Shown: one piece after another, positions 60,808-64,000 of the stretch
How the letters are laid out: each line of letters opens with the position of its first letter
Position numbering within the stretch: the first letter of the stretch is position 1
From: an uncultured Bacteroides sp.
GTDB taxonomy: Bacteria; Bacteroidota; Bacteroidia; Bacteroidales; UBA11471
Assembly (NCBI GenBank): GCA_963931635.1
Contig: OZ007034.1
Coordinates: 2,277,506 to 2,341,505 of the forward strand
Length of the DNA: 64,000 nucleotides
Reading direction: 5' to 3'
Notes under the pieces: model-generated
Seen by the model: the letters and a program-made list of their open reading frames with translations, nothing else
Databases searched by the model: none
What the model was told of the DNA's origin: nothing
Translations under genes and position numbers: made by a program

Positions 60808-61878
60808 CTATTTGGGCGCTTTGAAGTATAGCCCTATGGCAATGAAGGCATAGAGAATGTTGGGTATCCACACAGCCAGTTGGGGGGATGTGGCGCCCGA
60901 TATGGCAAAGGTTGAGGACACCATGTCGAAGAGAATGTAGGAGAAACTCAGCAGCAGCCCCATGGCGATGTTGAAGCCCATGCCTCCTTTGACCTTGCGC
61001 GAGGAGAGAGAGACGCCGATGAGGGTGAGTATGAAAGCCGCAGCCGTGTTGGCAAAACGCCGGTGATACTCGATTTCGAACCCGATAATGTTGGCCACAC
61101 CCCTTTGTTTCTGCCGGTCGATGTAGGTTTTCAGTTCGGGAGTCGTCATCAGTTCGCTGTCGTATTTGGAAATAAGAAAATCCGATGGCTCAATGCTGAT
61201 AATCGTGTCGAGTTGAGAGCCGCGAGAGAGGTATTCATGCATACCGTCGAAGTCGCGTATTACATAGTTTTTTACGACCCAATGGTAGTTTTCGTCGTAG
61301 GTAACCGATTGAGCCGTGAGTCTCGATTGGAGAATCTTTCCGTCAAATTTTTCAAGAGAAAAGCGGTATCCTGTTTTTGTCCGGTTGTCGTAGCGGCTGA
61401 TGTAGGCAATGACACCAGGCTCGACTTGTAGTTGGATATTACTGGCATAGTCGACCTTTTTGTTTTTCACATAGGTGTTTTGAAATTCTATGCGGGTAGC
61501 TGTAGCCGGCGGTATGATGTAGCTGTTGAGGTAGAAATTGAGTCCGGCAATGATTCCGGCCGAAATCATGTAAGGAACCAGCAGCCGTTTGAAACTGATG
61601 CCACTGGCCAACATGGCGATAATCTCAGAATTGTCGGCAAGTTTGGAGGTGAAAAAGATAACCGATATGAAAGTAAACAGCGGGCTGAACAGGCTGATAA
61701 AGTAGGGGATAAAGTTGAGATAATAGTCAAAAATCGTAGCCCTGAACGGTGCTTTGAGTAAGGCGTCGAGTTTCTCGTTTACGTCGAAAACCACGACAAT
61801 GGCAATAATCAGGGCAATGGCAAACACATATGTCCCCAAAAACTTTCGTATAATATAAAGGTCTATCTTTTTTATCAT
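60808..61878 (-). CDS. LptF/LptG family LPS export permease
   Basis: IDLYIIRKF, NSEIIAMLASGIS, WIPN; start trimmed to ATG 61878. Confidence 0.9.
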   Translation of the reverse strand: MIKKIDLYIIRKFLGTYVFAIALIIAIVVVFDVNEKLDALLKAPFRATIFDYYLNFIPYFISLFSPLFTFISVIFFTSKLADNSEIIAMLASGISFKRLLVPYMISAGIIAGLNFYLNSYIIPPATATRIEFQNTYVKNKKVDYASNIQLQVEPGVIAYISRYDNRTKTGYRFSLEKFDGKILQSRLTAQSVTYDENYHWVVKNYVIRDFDGMHEYLSRGSQLDTIISIEPSDFLISKYDSELMTTPELKTYIDRQKQRGVANIIGFEIEYHRRFANTAAAFILTLIGVSLSSRKVKGGMGFNIAMGLLLSFSYILFDMVSSTFAISGATSPQLAVWIPNILYAFIAIGLYFKAPK

Positions 61879-61895
61879 ATCCGGGTATGGAAAGA

Positions 61896-63026
61896 TTACA
61901 ATCGTTGGGTTACTCGCACGACCATCTCTCTTTTCCACGAGACAAAGTCGCCATTGATGATGTGTTTGCGAGCTTCTCGCACCAACCATAGATAGAAGGC
62001 CAGATTGTGTATCGAGGCTATTTGAAGGGCCAGCAGCTCATCAGCAATGAAAAGGTGACGCAGGTAGGCGCGGGAGTATTGTTCGTCGACGTATGATGCA
62101 CCCCCTTCTTCGATGGGAGAGAAGTCATCGGCCCATTTGCGATTGCGCATGTTCATGATACCGTTGCGGGTGAAGAGCATGCCGTTGCGTCCGTTGCGGG
62201 TGGGCATGACGCAGTCAAACATATCGACTCCTCGTTCGATGGCTTCCAGCAGGTTGGCCGGTGTGCCTACCCCCATGAGATAACGAGGCTTGTCGACTGG
62301 CAGTATTTCGTTGACGACCTCTATCATTTCATACATTTTCTCGGTAGGCTCGCCTACGGCCAGGCCACCGATGGCATTACCGTCGGCACCCAGGTCGGCA
62401 ACGTGTCGGGCGGCTTCGCGGCGCAACTCGGGATAAACACATCCCTGCACAATGGGGAAGAAGGCTTGCCGGTAACCATATTTCCCTTCGGTCTCGTTCA
62501 TATGCTTCCAACCCCGGTCGAGCCACCTTTGGGTGAGCGAAAGCGATTTGCGGGCATAAGCATAGTCGGCATCTCCTGGGGTGCATTCGTCAAGAGCCAT
62601 GATGATGTCGGCTCCGATGATACGTTGCGTATCGACGACGTTTTCGGGGGTGAAGAGATGTTTCGACCCGTCGATATGGGAGCGGAACTGTACACCCTCT
62701 TCGGTAAGTTTTCGTATGCCTGACAATGAAAATACCTGAAAACCGCCACTGTCGGTCAGTATAGGCCTTTCCCACCCGTTAAATTTGTGTAGCCCTCCGG
62801 CCCGTTCGAGAATATCGAGCCCCGGACGCAGGTAGAGATGGTAGGTGTTGCCCAGTATGATTTGAGCCTTTATGTCGTCGCGCAACTCATGTTGGTGTAC
62901 CGCTTTGACGCTGCCCACTGTCCCTACAGGCATGAATATGGGTGTCTCTATCGTCCCGTGGTCGGTAGTGATAAGACCGGCGCGAGCATTGCTTTGTGGG
63001 TCGGTATATTGTAAGATAAAGTCCAT
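61896..63026 (-). CDS. tgt: tRNA-guanine transglycosylase
   Basis: TPIFMPVGT, NTYHL, TDSGGFQ, DMFDCV.PTR. Confidence 0.97.
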   Translation of the reverse strand: MDFILQYTDPQSNARAGLITTDHGTIETPIFMPVGTVGSVKAVHQHELRDDIKAQIILGNTYHLYLRPGLDILERAGGLHKFNGWERPILTDSGGFQVFSLSGIRKLTEEGVQFRSHIDGSKHLFTPENVVDTQRIIGADIIMALDECTPGDADYAYARKSLSLTQRWLDRGWKHMNETEGKYGYRQAFFPIVQGCVYPELRREAARHVADLGADGNAIGGLAVGEPTEKMYEMIEVVNEILPVDKPRYLMGVGTPANLLEAIERGVDMFDCVMPTRNGRNGMLFTRNGIMNMRNRKWADDFSPIEEGGASYVDEQYSRAYLRHLFIADELLALQIASIHNLAFYLWLVREARKHIINGDFVSWKREMVVRVTQRL

Positions 63027-63045
63027 ATGACGAAGAAATACCTTG

Positions 63046-63053
63046 CAAAGATA
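63046..63053 (-). promoter_or_regulatory. -7 promoter box for tgt-lptG
   Basis: TATCTTTG on minus strand. Confidence 0.6.
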
Positions 63054-63270
63054 ATTTTTTCTTGCCTTTGCTACAACCTTGCCCCTTTAAAACGTGTTAC
63101 AGGTGATAAGAATGTCGAGAATGCCGACCGTATCACGGTCAAAATGTCAGCGTATGGTAGAAGGTTCAACAGGCAATAGATAAAACGATTGGGGTTTGAT
63201 AGAAATTTTTTTCTGTCGTTTTGTCATTTTAACAGGTTCAGAAACAGAATAAATGGCGGTAAACCTTTTT

Positions 63271-63286
63271 TGGCATCGGCTTTGCA
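63271..63286 (+). promoter_or_regulatory. sigma-54-type -24/-12 promoter for clpB
   Basis: TGGCATCGGCTTTGCA fits TGGCAC-N5-TTGCW with exact GG-N10-GC spacing. Confidence 0.65.
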
Positions 63287-63330
63287 GAAAAGATGATAAA
63301 AGAATGAAATAAAAGAAAGGAGAACAAGAT

Positions 63331-64000
63331 ATGAACTTTAACAATTTTACCATCAAGTCGCAAGAGGCGGTGCAGAAGGCTATCGATATGGCTACGCGGC
63401 GCAACCAGCAGTCTATCGAGCCTACCCATCTGCTGCTTGGCGTCATGGATGTGGGCGAGAGTGTTGTGGGGTATCTGTTCCAGAAAATGGGCGTGAATAC
63501 CGCACTCTTGAAATCGTCGCTCGAAAGGGAGTTGGAAACGCTGCCCAAAGTGAGCGGAGGTGAGCCCTATCTCAGCCGAGAGAGTAACACCGCTTTACAG
63601 AAGGCTGTCGATTATTCTGCCAAGTTGGGCGACCAATTCGTCCCGCTGGAAGCTATCATAATGGCAATCTTGCAGACTTCGTGCACGGCATCGAAACTGC
63701 TTATTGATGCCGGCGTAGCCGAGAAAGAGTTGGGAATGGCCATCGACGAGTTGCGTAAAGGGCAGAAGGTGAAAGATGCTTCGGCCGAAGAGACCTACAA
63801 CTCATTGAGTAAATATGCCATTAATCTGAACGAGCGTGCTCGTTCGGGTAAACTCGACCCTGTTATCGGTCGTGATGATGAAATTCGTCGTGTGCTGCAG
63901 ATTCTGAGCCGTCGTACCAAGAACAACCCTATCCTTATTGGTGAACCCGGTACCGGTAAAACGGCCATTGCCGAGGGATTAGCTCATCGTATCGTGCGCG
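63331..64000 (+). CDS. clpB: ATP-dependent chaperone ClpB (5' part, runs off the window)
   Basis: Not in the ORF track; translated by hand: [50 protein letters not shown]. Confidence 0.93.
   Translation, partial: MNFNNFTIKSQEAVQKAIDMATRRNQQSIEPTHLLLGVMDVGESVVGYLFQKMGVNTALLKSSLERELETLPKVSGGEPYLSRESNTALQKAVDYSAKLGDQFVPLEAIIMAILQTSCTASKLLIDAGVAEKELGMAIDELRKGQKVKDASAEETYNSLSKYAINLNERARSGKLDPVIGRDDEIRRVLQILSRRTKNNPILIGEPGTGKTAIAEGLAHRIVR

Noticed and set aside
1-64000. CRISPR arrays, tRNA/rRNA genes, IS elements, prophage genes, invertible promoters
   Set aside because: No spaced direct repeats, cloverleafs, transposase/integrase ORFs or IR-flanked promoters found by eye; all intergenic gaps are short

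Overview
Chromosomal segment of a Bacteroidales (Barnesiella/Porphyromonadaceae-like) anaerobe, judged from gene content and many TAnnTTTG -7 promoter boxes. It holds about 48 mostly housekeeping genes (nadE, DPP-IV, acyl-CoA carboxylase, metH, kdsA, uvrA, trxB-lolA-ftsK, trkAH, dxs, mutS2, pstSCAB-phoU, glnS, tgt, 5' part of clpB). Two AT-rich inserts stand out. (1) 4352-7679 is a promoterless Type IIS restriction-modification cassette: two M.FokI-like adenine methyltransferases plus a BtsCI-like endonuclease with two catalytic motifs. The second methyltransferase is split by a +1 frameshift in an A8 run and its stop overlaps the nuclease start, making it a candidate phase-variable switch or an assembly error. 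(2) 58242-60780 is an orphan flippase + GT2 pair next to a DUF368 undecaprenyl-phosphate translocase. Other signals: a shared AAC-N17-TGTT motif before three redox-stress units, a sigma-54-type promoter with upstream repeats before clpB, and a PstS-like lobe embedded in PstC. No tRNA, rRNA, CRISPR array, integrase or transposase was seen. All family calls come from motif recognition by eye, not database searches.
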